Shown here piece after piece: positions 1 through 13,585 of a stretch of 64,000 nt of DNA. This DNA comes from Oikopleura dioica (lineage: Eukaryota; Animalia; Chordata), in NCBI GenBank assembly GCA_907165135.1, contig OU015567.1, positions 13,578,001 through 13,642,000 of the forward strand. Reading direction: 5' to 3'. Every line of letters begins with the position of its first letter. The stretch's first letter is position 1. The position numbers and the translations under genes are program-made. Below the pieces are notes generated by a model. It was given only the letters and a program-made list of their open reading frames with translations. It was not told the origin of the DNA and did not search any database.

Positions 1-792
1 AATGCTCCTGTTCGAAAAAATTAGCAAAGCTCATCAAAATCTACCTAAAATCAAAGTCGTTCGTAAAATGCTCATTCGGTAAGAGAATACTCTTGAATCA
101 ATCGAGTCGGAGCATGAAAACGAATCGTTTTGGTTGTTTTGACTTTGATGAACTGTGTGAGCTTTCGTCCGGAGGTTTCGGTTTCTCGAAATCCGTCGCC
201 AGTTCCCACCGTCCTGCAGAGCTCATTTTGCTGCAGTGCGTATTTGATTGATACTTTTTTTCACTTCAATTAAGAATTTCAAGCTCTTTTGCTCTGAAAA
301 TGAGTTGTTGAAAAACAGTCGAGCTCGACGAAGCGGACTATTTTCAAAATGGAAACAGCTGCTCTTTGAATAAATCAGCACGTGCTGACGCCCAGAAATG
401 CTCTGAAAAATTCCAGCGACTCATGCAACTAGAAAAATGGAAAAAATTTTCCGAGACTGACGCAAATTAGAAAAACTCATTTTGAAGCCACAGTATCTTT
501 TGAAGCTTTTTTGATCTTTTATAAGTAATGCTTCAAGGAGTATTTGAAGTAGGTCGCGATTTTTTCGATGAATTTTGTTATGGGGCTAACATAGTGGCAC
601 CCTTATTGTTTTATTCAATTCAGAGGAGTGTAGTAAGTCAGATTCAATTCTAGTCACATTGGATGGCTCTTCTTTCGGGAAACTCTGCCCCGTACTCATT
701 CAATTACTGTATAATTATGTTTGCGGAGGTGGAGTAGAATAAGTGAAGCAGGACCACTCCCTTCGGTGCACCTGGTCGGTGGTGTTCTCTGG

Positions 793-3700
793 CGTGAGAA
801 TGAGAACTATCAAGACAACGGGCTAAATTCGCGCCTGCGTCAACTCCGAATAGCAATTTTTCACTCCCCGAAATTCTGCTCCCATGTAAGTCCTTACTTA
901 GCGAGAGTATTCTTTACTGCCTAGCTTGTTCTCAGAGCGAAAAAATAATATTTTTTTTCCTTTTTTTTTGAGTCGCTCCAATTTGAGCGTGTCGCCGAAA
1001 TCTTTAGAAGCAGCAGGAAGCTCATTTAGGTCATTTCCTCTCTGGCGGTTTTCCCGTGACCTTGGCCGCTCTTCGCTTATCAAACTCTGTGAAATGGAAC
1101 GGAAATCCGGAAGTAATGATAGTTCCGGAAATGGACCCGCTGCGTGACGATTATTTAGAACCTGCCAGCAGAAATCCGCTGTTAACCATGTTAACACCCT
1201 TATCACCAGTTTAAACGAGCTGATAATGTTGCTGATATGAGTTTCACTTTCTCAGGCTTCAGGAACGGCAGGTAACTGTATATTCAGTAAGCTTCCCGTA
1301 GATTTTTCTATAAGTAACTTTTGGCTCCTTTTTCTCATGCCTTTCATTTTTTTTCAATGGGCAGGGAATTTCCCAGGGAGCACCAATATACAGCTGAATA
1401 TAATATTTTATTTTGCCATAACAGTCGGAGCCCTTTGATTTTCCCATATAACAGTCTGACTACTTTCTCACCGCCCGCGGTAGCTAAGGGACTCTTTTAC
1501 CATTTTTATGGATAGTAGAGGAAATTTTTAATCTTTCTAATGATTTTTTTAGAGCCTGAACGCTCCCTGTTTTGCGCTAAAATGCTAGACTAGCATCTTC
1601 CTTTCCCGGTTCGGCTTTCAGAATGACACTTTTCGTATAAGCGTCTTTGTTGTGGGAATGCACTCGAGCCCGTGGATTTCGAAGCTTTTAGCTCCGACAG
1701 GTCGAGTCTGTTTATTTCCGCGTGCGTCGGATTATCCAAGTGGCTCTCGGACGAGTGTGTCGTTCCTTTTTTCCACAGTTCTCTTTCATTCTCAGCACGC
1801 AGAAAACTCGAAAAATCACCAACCGAACGGGATCACTATCGAGTGGCTTAGGTTTATGTTTCCAAACGATGCTTCTCTTGCTTCACTGAGCAAATTTCAA
1901 CGAAGAAAATAAGCTTCTTCTTCATGGAAAGAAATATTTTAAGAAAAAAGGAAACTTCCGGAAACAGCAAAAGGCAATAATTTGTCTGAGTAATAACAGA
2001 GAGTAGTACGTAAAAGAGGTACTTTCGACTTTTGAAAACTTCACCGTCATCGCACAAAAAATGTCTATCAAAATGCCTCGGAGTGTTTCCGCCTGCGACA
2101 GGAGACTTTTTGGTCACCGGAAGCAGCTTCTGAAAAGGTGATGCTTTACCGTTTTCTGAAGCTCGTTTGATTCAACATTACTTTTGAAAAGTTTTGTATT
2201 TGCGCGAAAACAGCGGTATTTGTCAATGATGAGGGTTGAAAAAAAACACTGTATTTGACAAATTCACGCTAATGAGGCTAGGCCAATCTGAGAAAGCAGG
2301 AAAGATATTGAATGGCTGTCCAGCGATGATTAGAAGAGGTTCAAGGCTGATCCATGAGAAAGGTGGACTGGGCCCAGGTTCTCACGCTTCGACATTTCCC
2401 ACCGCCACTGACCATCTAATACAATCGACGAAATTTTACACTTATTTCCGCAGCCCCTAATTCACAATTTTAAAGCTACACTCACCGAGTCCAACCCAGA
2501 AAAAATAATATTCTTCCATACAGGTCTTCGATCAAGCGCGCCGGCTTGTCGGAGGAACATCTTGGTCTGGGAAGACCATTGTACATTTTTATTCAAATTT
2601 TAATCGACGGAACATCGTTTAAGCTCAATTATATTAAGAAATTTTTACGAAGATTTGAAAGAGTTTTACTCAAAATATACGCAATTTAAGATGTGCCGAG
2701 TTTAACCGGCTTGTCACTCAATTTTCCTTCAATCTCGACCAAATTTTCTTTAGCCAAATCCATTTTTGATTTTGTTTGTGGTCGAAAATATCAACCAGAA
2801 ACTGCATTCTTTCTCTCAATAACCCCAGATGCCCATAAATACTCATAAATCCTCTGCCACGCTTATTTACTCCTCCAACAGCATAAATCTCCCCGTCAAC
2901 CTTCCCTCGTCCCTCGTCCCTCAACTCCCAACATTTACACAGCTTCCCTCGACTATTTTTATAGCCAAATAATGCTCCGGCGGAATACTGCGCGAAATGA
3001 TGTTCCCCACCGATGTAAGACAAATTTGAGATGTTTTAAAATGTTTGCCGATCATATTTTTTCCCAGATTTTTTGGCGCTGAGAAAAAGAAGTAATCTGA
3101 TGATTTCTCACTTACGTTCTTTTTTGAGAAAACGATTTTCTGACGCGCAAATGCCTTATTTTGAACATGAGAAGCTGGAAAGAACCAATTATGCCCAAGT
3201 ATTTGCTGAATGATACCTATTTTTGATATCAGAAAAGACTCCGAAAAAGCATGAAACAGAAATCGACAGATGCAAGGCTAGTAGACCTAGGCTAGCTGAG
3301 AAATGTTGAAGGACACTTTAGAAAAATGGGAAAGGCGTTTTTGGTTTCCCACAGTATTGACAATAGCTTTGACCGCTGTGTTTCTGGGAGCATCTCACGC
3401 GACAGGAAGAGTTCGGCGACTCTCTCACGATTGATGGACAAGCGTTGTCTTCCGGTGGCCCACTTGGCTTTTTGTCGCCGCGAGATTGTCCTTCTAAATA
3501 AAATACCCATGATTGCCTTTTACTCTCAGAAGGGCCGCGACGAACCACTAGAGCTGAAAATGTCTTTAAAATTATAGAGCTCTTCTGATCTCGCCTTTCC
3601 ATGAAATCTAGGCTATCCGTGGGAGAGCAGTCCATCACTAACCTTTAAAAAAGAAAAATACATAATCACTTTTTACGATTTAATTGGCGTTAAACGGGTA

Positions 3701-5160
3701 TGAAAGTACTCACCTGGGAATGCCAATGAAAAATGTCTTTTTACTAGTTTTCTTCCTATTAGGCAAAAAACGAGTAAGGTTAGGGTTAGGGTTTGGTAGC
3801 CGATAAGCTAGTTGATGAACAAGGGGCTCTTACCACTTAACAATGTGGATGAACAAGGGGGACCTCCGACCGTATCATCTTTTTTCAGACGAACGGACTA
3901 TCTACCAGCTAATGCAAGCTGCATATGAATCTTTTGATGGTGATATGCATTCAAAGCTCTGTGGGAAAGTGTTCGATTTCCGCGAAGACGGAAAGTGCCA
4001 TTTAGGACGTTGACCTCCCGCGATACTGTCAAACCGGCTGGCAACTTTGAATAACTCGCGCCTTATCGATAAGCGCCGCGGCCCGCGCGCTCGTGTATTT
4101 CTACGTTCTTTATCTTTTTCTAACATTTTTGACTTGGAAGATCAAGGTGCTGCTTGTCGGAAGTGCGAGCAGCTTCCCAGGAGTGCTTTCGCTGTTTTCT
4201 AATATTTTTCATCGGATGATGGAGGTGGCGGTGGGGCGCGGTGGGAACCGATTCACCCCTGATAGTCACAGCGGGACATGAGAAAATCGAAAAGCGCTCC
4301 CAGATCAGACCTTACACCACCACCGCCGAACGGAACGCCAGTCAACACACTTCCGAAAACAGCGTTTACCTTATTGCCTAGTCCTGAGAACTCGGCCAGT
4401 CCTCTCACGGCAGAAACTTTTCAAATGATGCCTACTCGTTTTTTGAAAAATATGCTTCATCCCTCGAATCATGAAATTTGGACAGAATGATTCTCAAATA
4501 AAGCGGCGATAATTGCCGTTTCCTGGGCCGTTGCGGCGACATTTAGGCAATTTTTTCGTCAAAATGTCAAAAAAATCTTTTGAACCGGAGGGTCATCAAT
4601 CGAGCTCATACCCCCGGAATGACCTTTCTGAGGCCGTTTTGAAGCCTCCACTGAGTAAAGTTTGAAAAGTAGCTAACTCCGGTAAAGAGGGCCTTTGAAG
4701 GGCTTGCCAGCAGGGACCAGAAGCAGCCCTGTTGACAGAGCGCGTGCACGTGACCTCTTGAGGAAGACAAACCGTCACTTGACAAGATTTGAAGCCGGTC
4801 AAGAAGATTTATTGAGGGGAAGTGTATTTGGAGAATTACTTCATATCAGGACAAGGAGCCATTTTCGAATATCTGCGACAGGTGCATTTTACTGCTCGAA
4901 AATCAGGTGAAAATCATATTTACCCATTCGATATTAAATTGACATGGGAACGAGTTTTTTCGCGAAATCATTTCCGATCGGACAATCAGATGCGTGCCTG
5001 CGAGTGTGTGCCCTAGAGGACGAGTTTGTTAGCTGCCTAAAATTTTAATCCGAAGCAGCGATTTCCCAACGCGATAAAAAAAATAAATTGTCCGATGAAT
5101 CTGGGCTAATGCGGAGCTAGAAATCAGCTGTTATGTCAAAAAAGAAGAAGAGCGTGGGAA
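793..5160. promoter_or_regulatory. Cluster of CSL/Su(H)/RBPJ consensus sites (YGTGRGAA) in a gene-poor region upstream of the NRARP-like gene
   Basis: CGTGAGAA 793-800, TGTGGGAA 1651-1658, TTCTCACG 2379-2386, TTCCCACA 3346-3353, TGTGGGAA 3960-3967, CGTGGGAA 5153-5160; weaker GGTGGGAA at 4240. TCF-type CCTTTGATC at 8332-8340. No convincing spliced ORF in 300-9300. Confidence 0.5.
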
Positions 5161-8100
5161 GATGAATATTTGGCGAACGTAATAAAACTCAAATTTTCAA
5201 GTGTAAAAGAGACCCTTTTGCCAGATAATTATTTTCCCAAAAATATTGGCGGGAAAAAACTCATCAAAAAAATGACTAAAATGAATCTACTGGGCAGAAA
5301 CAATGAGTTTTAAACTGTTTTGGGGAAGCAGCTAATTTTGTATTTTTCGGTGGCGACGTCGGATTTGTTCCGGAACGCTGGCTAACAAGGCTTGAATGAA
5401 TATTTGGCGGTGTTCTTTGAGCGGCCACAAGCTTAGGTAATCTTCCGCAAATTGGGTTGAATTAGGATGTTTAGGCACAAACTTCCTCGCGTCTTTTCAT
5501 CTGGACTTTTCAAAGGCCCCTTCCATTTTTCATCGGTTCTTGAAGGGCTCCTTGTTTGTATTTTGGGCGGAGCTGGCACCAAAGAAAAAGTGCGAGCTGA
5601 TAAGCTCGTCTTTTTGGAGCTTTTGGTAGATAATGAGAGATAAGCCTCTTCATTGGGGAAAACAAGCTTTTCTCAAAATAAAAGAAGAAAATTTATTTCT
5701 CCAGAATTCGCAAAAACATGAAAAAATGATGAAAATTGTGATTTATGATTTTCCATCAATGATTGATTCGTTAAAACTAAATTTGATTGAGCAAATCCAA
5801 AAATAATTTTCAGATTAAAAACCGAGTGTTCCCAAAATATAATTATACACATGAGATACACCAAGTATCCGTAAATGCGCATAGACGAGAAAATACTCTC
5901 CCAAAGTCTCAGGGACTGCCGGCTAATTCGTACGTATTTCACCTTCATTTAGAAATTGGTCCTACCTGACTGGAAAGCTCTCCCTGAGAATTCCTCACTA
6001 CACCTCGGCTTATTTTGTAAAGATATCGTAACCAAGCGGTACTGTGCCTTCTTTTTCTTACGGGAAATTTCCACTTTCAATCGAGAAAAAAGCCACTTCA
6101 CCGACCATGGGTTAACTTTAACCCATGGGCGAGGCGAAGGGTTAAAAGTCATCAACGTGTTTTTGCGTATTTTTTTGTCTGCGGTCAATTGGAATTGACA
6201 ACAAAAGAAGTCGATTATTACTTTTTACGGGTTTATTGGGCTAATAAATTTGCCATGGGATTAAGTTCTGGGGCGCGAGGAGCTGGATGGAGGTCAGTTT
6301 AACTCCCCGCAGCAGGTTATCAACGCACACTTTTCGCACCCTCGATGGGGGACGAGAGATAAACGCGTAACGGGTTAAATAGGATAAGCGCATTTTGACA
6401 AGAGTTTTTGAAGAGTTTCCAGTTGTTTATTTAGCGATTGATTTTTTTTTCATTGCCTTTTCTATTGTTTGAAACCGTTTTTTATCAATAAACGGCATAA
6501 GTAGCACTGTAACTGAACTTTTGCCATTTTGAGTCGAAAATATTTCCTCCTCAAAAAGCGAGTCAAGCGAAAATTGACATTTTGACGCGAAGAATTCCCG
6601 TTTCGACAGGATTTTGACGCGAAAGTGTGATCTTTTGATTACGGATTACTTTTTTTCCGCTGGGAAATTTCGCATTCACGCTCCGTAATTATCGATCCAC
6701 CAGTGTGATTCACCCTGGATGATGATTTTGTACAGACATGACGATCGTTATGTAACGAGAATCGAGCCGGGAAGAGTAACCTAGGATCATTTGCTTACTG
6801 CATGATGAACTCCTTGAGAGTTTCCCATGAGTAAAACGAGAACAACATTTTTCGCTATAATTAGTTGATAAGAATGCTCTTATCTGACCTATTAATCTCA
6901 CAATAACGTAAAACGCCCTTCTCTACTTGAAGTCTACCAGACAGCAGACAACAGCAATTGCAAAACAAACGAGTGGCGGAAGGAAAAGTGGCGGAATGCG
7001 AACATGTCGGACATTTTGTAGCTAGCACATTTCGACCGACCGGTTGAGGGGAAAATAGTCACGTGGATCAAGTGGCCGGGGCACGGCGGATCAAGAGCGC
7101 GTAGATCCCGCACACGCTCTAGAAAAGCTTTGATGAGCAGCTCGCCGAGGTTTTCCAGCTTGTCCGGAATTTCCGCAAAAGCCGACAAGGCGAAAATACT
7201 AAATATCAAATAATTGGAAGTAAAGAATAAGTTTGCCTAAGGAAGGTCAATTTGGTCGTTTTACCGTTCTTTGGGAATAGTCTAATATTAGACTGCTTCT
7301 GTAGAAATCTAAAGCCGACCTGAAAAAATCAAAAGAACTTCCTGAGAGCGGTTTTCCGGTGGAAACTAAGGCCAAGGGACGATAATCGGTCGCGGGAGCA
7401 GCTTTGAGCTCCGTGCAAAAGCTTCGAAAAATAAATAATCCGTCTTCAAAGGGAGGTGTAAATGCGCCTTGCAGGAAACTGATCCCGGATCAGCAGCCGC
7501 CCTTGATCACTGTGAGGCCCAAGCGTGCGACCTTTTTCTAACTCCCTTTTAGCCGAAAACTATCGGCCCGGGAGGCCACTGGCGATGCGCACTTCAAAGG
7601 GCAGGGATCAGTCCTCAGAGCCAGAAAGGATGAAAACATATATTTTTGACGGACTTAGTTTTTGGACGAATAGCTTCTTCATGCTCCGACTCCTGTGTTC
7701 GCAGCGCGATCATAGGTAGCTCCCCAGTATTCTCCAGATTTCATAACATTTTCGTAAACAACATGGCGTTCTCTCTGCGAAGATTGAAGGGTGAAGAAAA
7801 CCGGCGTCTCAGAGACTGCCGGCCTTGCGGTCTCTACCGCCAGTAATGTACCACACTTCCATTAAAATCGAGCATTAGTTCGACATCACTGAACACACGT
7901 AACAATTTCCTGATCCCATAATTATCCGAGCCTAAGTGGAGGAAAAAATTGTGTTGGGACTGATTGAAAAAATCGAAGCGAAATTGAGGTACTGGATCAT
8001 TTTCGCGCACCTGATCAATTATTCTGATCGAAATCGAATCCTCTTTCCCAGGACTTCATCCCTTCCCTCATCCGATTCGAATCCATGGAGAATTATCGCC

Positions 8101-9400
8101 AATTTTCGCTGAAATCTATCGACCCCTCTCACGGGGAATTATCACTCTGCGATGTCCATTTTGATTTTTTCTTTCTGTTTAAAATTTGTAAAATTTGTTG
8201 AAAGTGATGTAAAAGGGTCGCGCTCTTTGAAGGAAATCAAACTTGTATAAATATTTTAAGGGCAATTAAGTCATGTAACTTCCAATTTGAAAATGAAAGT
8301 GGTCGCCCGCTACAGCTCGATATCGAGCCGCCCTTTGATCACAGTAACAGCTGCTTTATGTCACCAGTACCAGGGGTCAGTGGAGCTCATCTGAAAGCAC
8401 CCCCATCGAGGAGAGTCCTATTTTTAGCTCTTTGAACACAAAAAGAGCGAAAAAACGTTTTTTTTTCTGGGCCATGCTTGGTCTGTCTTTTTTGGGTTAC
8501 TCTTTGAAGCGCCCAATAAAGCAGCAAAGATCGGATTCTTCTTTATGGAAAAAGTCTGAGAGCAACGTAACCATATTTAACTCGTAAAGTCCCTTTTTAA
8601 AACATGCAGCAATGTAAAACTGGCACTGGGCTTGAATGTTAATGGGCATATAAATCGAGCGCGTCGTTTTTCTTCGTTTTTAAAATAATTACCCCGTGCC
8701 GAGGACATTATTTTGGTTTCGTGAGATAACGCCAAATGTGCCTAATTTTAGGCTTTTCTTGGCACCGAGCTGAAAAACGGGTAATCACCAGTCTCAATTA
8801 TTAATTTTCGCGCGTTTTTAACGGCGAAGGAAACAACTTTCTTCAATTTTGATGGTGGCAAACAGTAACTGACATCGGCTTTTAATATCAGTTCTACCTT
8901 TTGTCCTTCATTGGTACTTTGACTTCGATTTTCAAATGTTGTTTTCAAACTGTTCTTTTTCGATTTTTATGCTCGTATAATAAGACTTAGAAGAGACTAC
9001 GTATTATATTCAAAAATTAAGGTACACCAAGATGTTTAGCCCAAGATGAGCTGTTCAGATTCCGATTTTTGGTTTATCCTAACGTTACGCCACGAGGAGC
9101 TCTTTCGAGCACCTTGAGCAGCTCACGAAAGAAAATGTTGCGCAGTGGCCCACTACCGCCCTCGGTTTCCCGCGTTAGCGCACTCTTACGCGGGGCGAAG
9201 TGTCGCGCAGCGTCGGACATCATTATATTTAACCACCACCACTGGCCTCGAAATCTCACAACCACAAAAAAGTGGATCAACAAAAAAACTAAAACAAAAA
9301 ACAAGAGATAAACGCCTCTTCTGAAAAATCAAGAGACCCAGAAAACAACAACGAAAACCCGAATCAGCAGTCACAACAGCAGCCTTTACAACAGTCAAGA

Positions 9401-10125
9401 ATGGTAAGCTATTCGAAAAATTTCTAGTAGCGGGGCCGGACGGGGAAACATACCGCAGCGTATATTGGATCTAATTTTGTGGCGGGCAGTTTTTCGCGCA
9501 TAATTTGGCAGCAGGCCATCTAGCTTTTCGTACATTTTCTGAACATCTCGTAACTTAATATCTTCAGTCCTACCTCGATTCTCCACCAGCGTCTCCGCTC
9601 AATGAATCTACAGAAGCTCCATCGGCAACGCTAGAAGAGTCCCTGACCTGTCGGATCATCCAAAAACGCTCGAGAAAACGAGTACTTGAAGATGACTCGC
9701 CGCCGACTCCTCCTAGCCCGTCAAAAACTCCTCCTCCCTCTTCCGATCCTCGTCCGGTCATCGTCTCTGCCAAGCGAAGGCGAATTCACGAAGAGCCAAA
9801 GGAGAAATCCCGCGAAGTGCTGAACTTTGAGAAATGCATCGCAGTCGGCCACTGGAGCTCCGTCTTTGCTCGTTTCTCTAGCCAGCTGAGCACGAATACA
9901 TCTTTGCTAGAAGGCGTCGATGTCAACCTCTACGACAAGTCTGGCCACACCGCTCTTCTGGCCGCATGTGCTCTTGGAGATGCCAAACTCGCCAAGACCT
10001 TGGTCAAATTGGGCGCGCGGCTGGACCTGACAAGCCTCCAAGGATGGTCGGTTTGGCACTACGCCGTCCGAAAGCCGCTCGTTATGGTGACACTGCTGGA
10101 CTTTGTCTACCCCCGAATGAGCTGA
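9401..10125 (+). CDS. NRARP: Small ankyrin-repeat protein, NRARP-like (about 187 aa, 2 exons)
   Basis: ATG 9401-9403 is followed directly by GTAAGC. Intron 9404-9567, then in-frame exon 9568-10125. The C-terminal half (VDVNLYDKSGHTALLAACALGDAKLAKTLVKLGARLDLTSLQGWSVWHYAV) resembles recalled NRARP repeats (G.TAL...LVKFGA...GWS..H). The ankyrin call is firm; orthology is inferred. Confidence 0.6.
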
Positions 10126-11459
10126 ACAAAGTTATTAGAAAAAATATATATTAATATGAATAACAAAAGACGTCAACAAATTCTCAGGAGAGCGCGTATG
10201 GGTGTTCCTCAGTCGCCTAGACTCGCTCTCAGGGTTGAAAAAATAGACCGACCAGCTGCTGTTCCTTCTTTTGTTATCACTTCATGGCGTATTCTTTGAT
10301 GATATTCTTCCTATATCGTTTAAAAAGTACGCTATGGCCTGATCCATACTAGTTCCAAATATTTTAAAAATTGAAAGAATGAAACGATCTTTATCCTCTT
10401 TATAAATCTCAACGTGCTAGAATCTTCTCATTTTCTACAAGCTTACTCGTGCCGCTTAAAAAAAATTTCAACCTTTGAAATTTTTCTCCGTGCTGCTTCT
10501 TTGTAAACTCGTTGTTTTTTTTACTTCTTTCTAGGCTTTTTAATATTTTTTGCGCTAAAAATTTACAACTTTCAAAAAAAAAGTCACTTCTACCTAAAAA
10601 AAATCGCTGCCAGAGTTGTCAATCTTTTCAAATATTATTATTTATACAATCTTAAAAATCTTCACTTGCTGAAAAAATGGCATAATAAAAAATATGCAAA
10701 AATCAAAGTTGTTGTTTCGAAGAAAAAAATGAGCAGGGGAATTTCATGGGAGCATTTGCAGGCGCGGACTTAAAATTAGCTTCCCAGAAAAATTGGAAAT
10801 TATGACTAGTTTTCTAGCAAAGCTGGAATAAGTAACAGACATTTTCAGTGCATAAGCAAGAAGAAAAAGCATGAAAAAGTGGCGAAATTCTAGCAAAAAA
10901 GCGACGATCACCAATGATCCGGGTCTTTTGTCCTCGAGCTCGATAAAAAATTAATTTGTTTGAGTGAGTTCAATTTGGCAAGTTGGCCATACGGACGCCA
11001 GAAGGGCCCCTGCGCGAAGCTGTCTATCCTCATGTGGCTTGAATCGATCTGTATAATTTGCCGGGAAGAAGGAAGAGCCGGCGAGAAGGAGGAGCTTGCC
11101 GTAAAGCTATAAAATCGAAATCGATTCTGTTGCAAGCGACAAGTTCAAAGGCGCTTCACGACCCGCTGAACAAATTTATGGCGAGCCAAGGGGCAAACTC
11201 ATATCAACCACAAAAGGCAAAATTGTTATTTCAATTTATTGGACTTGAAAGTGGGACGCGACGAGCCCATGAAATTAGGAGCACAAACTTTAGGGGTGAT
11301 AAATGACAATACATCGTCTTCCTGGTACAAGTTCTTCTTCCCGTAAGAATGATCGATAAACATGAACATTCATTTTACTACTTGATTGTCTCTAGAATGC
11401 TCTGGTCATCAAAGATTTGTTTAAAAAAGCTGCAGTTTCAGCCTGAAACTTTCAGGATA

Positions 11460-11880
11460 ATGCAGCTCAAGGATTACTTGAAATATTTTCATTTTTGTCT
11501 TATCTTCATCATTCCTGCTTTTCTAGCTCCGCTTTTCTTTGAACCGACTGAAGGTACTTGCAATTAATATTTTTGATGAATGCTAATGTGATATTTTAGA
11601 GAACAAGAAAGCACACTTGGAATATTTATGCATGGTCATAATTATCCAGCTTACCGAGCTAAAATTTATCCAGAAACAAATTGACGAACTCGATGCCATT
11701 AATGCAAAACAGGCAGAAAATTTGGAGAGACTCAAGAAGGTCTGGGCTCAACTGGAAAAACTCAAAAATCACCCAAAGCTTATGAAATTTAGGACAACGC
11801 TCAATCAAGCTCAAAAACTAAGCGAAAAACTTGAGGCAAAACTGAATCAATTCCGTGCCGAAAATTCATCTTCCACATGA
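11460..11880 (+). CDS. Small orphan protein with hydrophobic segments and a coiled-coil C-terminus
   Basis: ATG 11460; 46-nt GT-AG intron 11554-11599 joins MQLKDYLKYFHFCLIFIIPAFLAPLFFEPTE in frame to ORF 11617-11880 (heptad-like Q/E/K/L pattern). Confidence 0.5.
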
Positions 11881-12527
11881 TTACAGTGTAATTTACACAG
11901 TATAATTTTTCACGATATATTTTTTTACTGTAACTAATATATATTTTTCGCGCACTCTTCCAGTAGAATAAAAATGAACCGAATACATTCTTTCTTCTTC
12001 CGAAAAGTCTGGTATCGACTTTCTTCGGAAAAAAGTGCAATCAATCTTCTCACTCGTCGCCGGATGATCCAATTTGCATTGACACACCGTCCAACAATGC
12101 ACAAAATTCCCAAAAAGCTCGCCAAATTAGCCATCTGTTGTGCTGGACAAAGGTCGCCAGGAGAGTGATTGTGTCCATCCCTCTTTCAAAGGTTATTTTG
12201 TAAACAGGCTGAGTCTGGTAAAAAATGAAGGTCCATGAAATTGGGAAAATTCACGCGGCTGGGGAACCCCGAGTGTGGCCGATTTATGGCGGACAATGTG
12301 GCATTTACAGACCGCTGATATCGTTATCGTGCGCCGGGTTAGATGACCGCTAGAATTTATCGCTCCCCTTTTTCCAGGGTGGCTTTTTAGGGACTTGATC
12401 CAAATCGCAACCGGAAATCCGGTAATTTCGTTCCACTCCATTTTGTCATTTGCGCCCTAGAAAGATCAACCAACAATTTTCTGCGGTGAACGCCCATTTT
12501 AGGGATTACTGGGGTCCCTCCAAGGTA

Positions 12528-13172
12528 CAGTGAAACCCCAACTTAAGGCCACTTTTTGGATGACAGCTAATTTGAAAAGTGGCCTTAAGTTGGGTGATTC
12601 TCCAACTAAGTTGGATGACGCAAAAATTTTTGTATTTCTGGAGTAAGGGACTGAATCATGGGAATCTAAAATGAAATTTCTTGCACGAACCAAGTATGAA
12701 TTGGAAAAACTGAATGCGCTATTTGAATCAAACCTTAGGTTATCTTTTCATTCTCTTAAAAATAAATTTGCTGCAAACATGTCGCAAGAAGAAAAGAGAA
12801 TACACATGACATTGGCCAAGAAAAAAAAAAAGATATGCAGAGATTCTAGTGAAAACGCCGAAGAAGAGTGGAGCATTTCTTGGCGCTTCAAATTGATGAA
12901 ACACGAGCTGCAACTCCGATGGAGGTTGAAGAAGTACCACAAGTTCAAGTGAGAGAAGATGCCGACGCTGAAAAGCCATCGACTTCAAAATCGCCAAGGA
13001 AGCAGCCGAAGATAACGAGTTTTTTTATTAAAAAGTGAATCTGCGATTTACTCCCTGTGAATGAAAATTAAAAAAAAGTGGCCTTAAGTTGGTTTTTTTT
13101 CGGATGACAGATTTTGGGGATTTTTCAAAAAAGTGGCCTTAAGTTGCTCGGCCTTAAGTTGGGGTTTCACTG
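12528..13172 (+). mobile_element. Non-autonomous Tc1/mariner-pogo-type element (645 bp)
   Basis: 23-bp perfect TIRs CAGTGAAACCCCAACTTAAGGCC (12528-12550) and GGCCTTAAGTTGGGGTTTCACTG (13150-13172); TA TSD at 12526-27 and 13173-74; internal repeats of AAGTGGCCTTAAGTTG; degenerate basic ORF (RIHMTLAKKKK..C) reminiscent of a pogo/CENP-B N-terminal HTH. Confidence 0.85.
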
Positions 13173-13585
13173 TATATTAAAATATATTTATTCAGAGTAA
13201 TTCTCTTTTTCTTAGGAAGTTCTCACAGGCAGTCCTTAAAAGTAATTGCCAATAAATATATAAGATGAAGAAATTTAAGTGTAATTTAGGAGTCCTTACC
13301 CGAACGACCAGGGCCGGCTTTCCCCATCATCAGCCAGCAAATTTCATTATTTCAATGAAAATCGTCTTTTAAAGCTGAACCATCTGCTGTAAATATTTCT
13401 TTCCGAGAGAAATGAGATGTTCTGATCTCGAAATGACTAAATTTTTCATGAGTAGTTCCTGGAAATCAAGGACGAGATACTGTATCTTTCGCCGCCAAGT
13501 TCCTGTTTCGCTTAAATAATCCAGTACCTCGCAAACATATAAAGGAGAGCACGGGAATTTATTTCATCGAATCACTAGAACAACT

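Noticed and set aside
95-226. Possible first exon of a minus-strand gene (MSSAGRWELATDFEKPKPP..)
   Set aside because: Short, no recognisable domain, and the continuation lies outside the window; cannot be supported.
1366-1375. NF-kB-like GGGAATTTCC
   Set aside because: A single short motif is expected by chance.
3778-3794. TTAGGG telomere-like repeat
   Set aside because: Only about two units; not an interstitial telomere array.
721-8950. Many 60-105 aa ORFs in the first 9 kb (e.g. 2718-3023 with GEIYAVGG, 4278-4490)
   Set aside because: No coherent exon chains or family motifs; consistent with chance ORFs in regulatory DNA.
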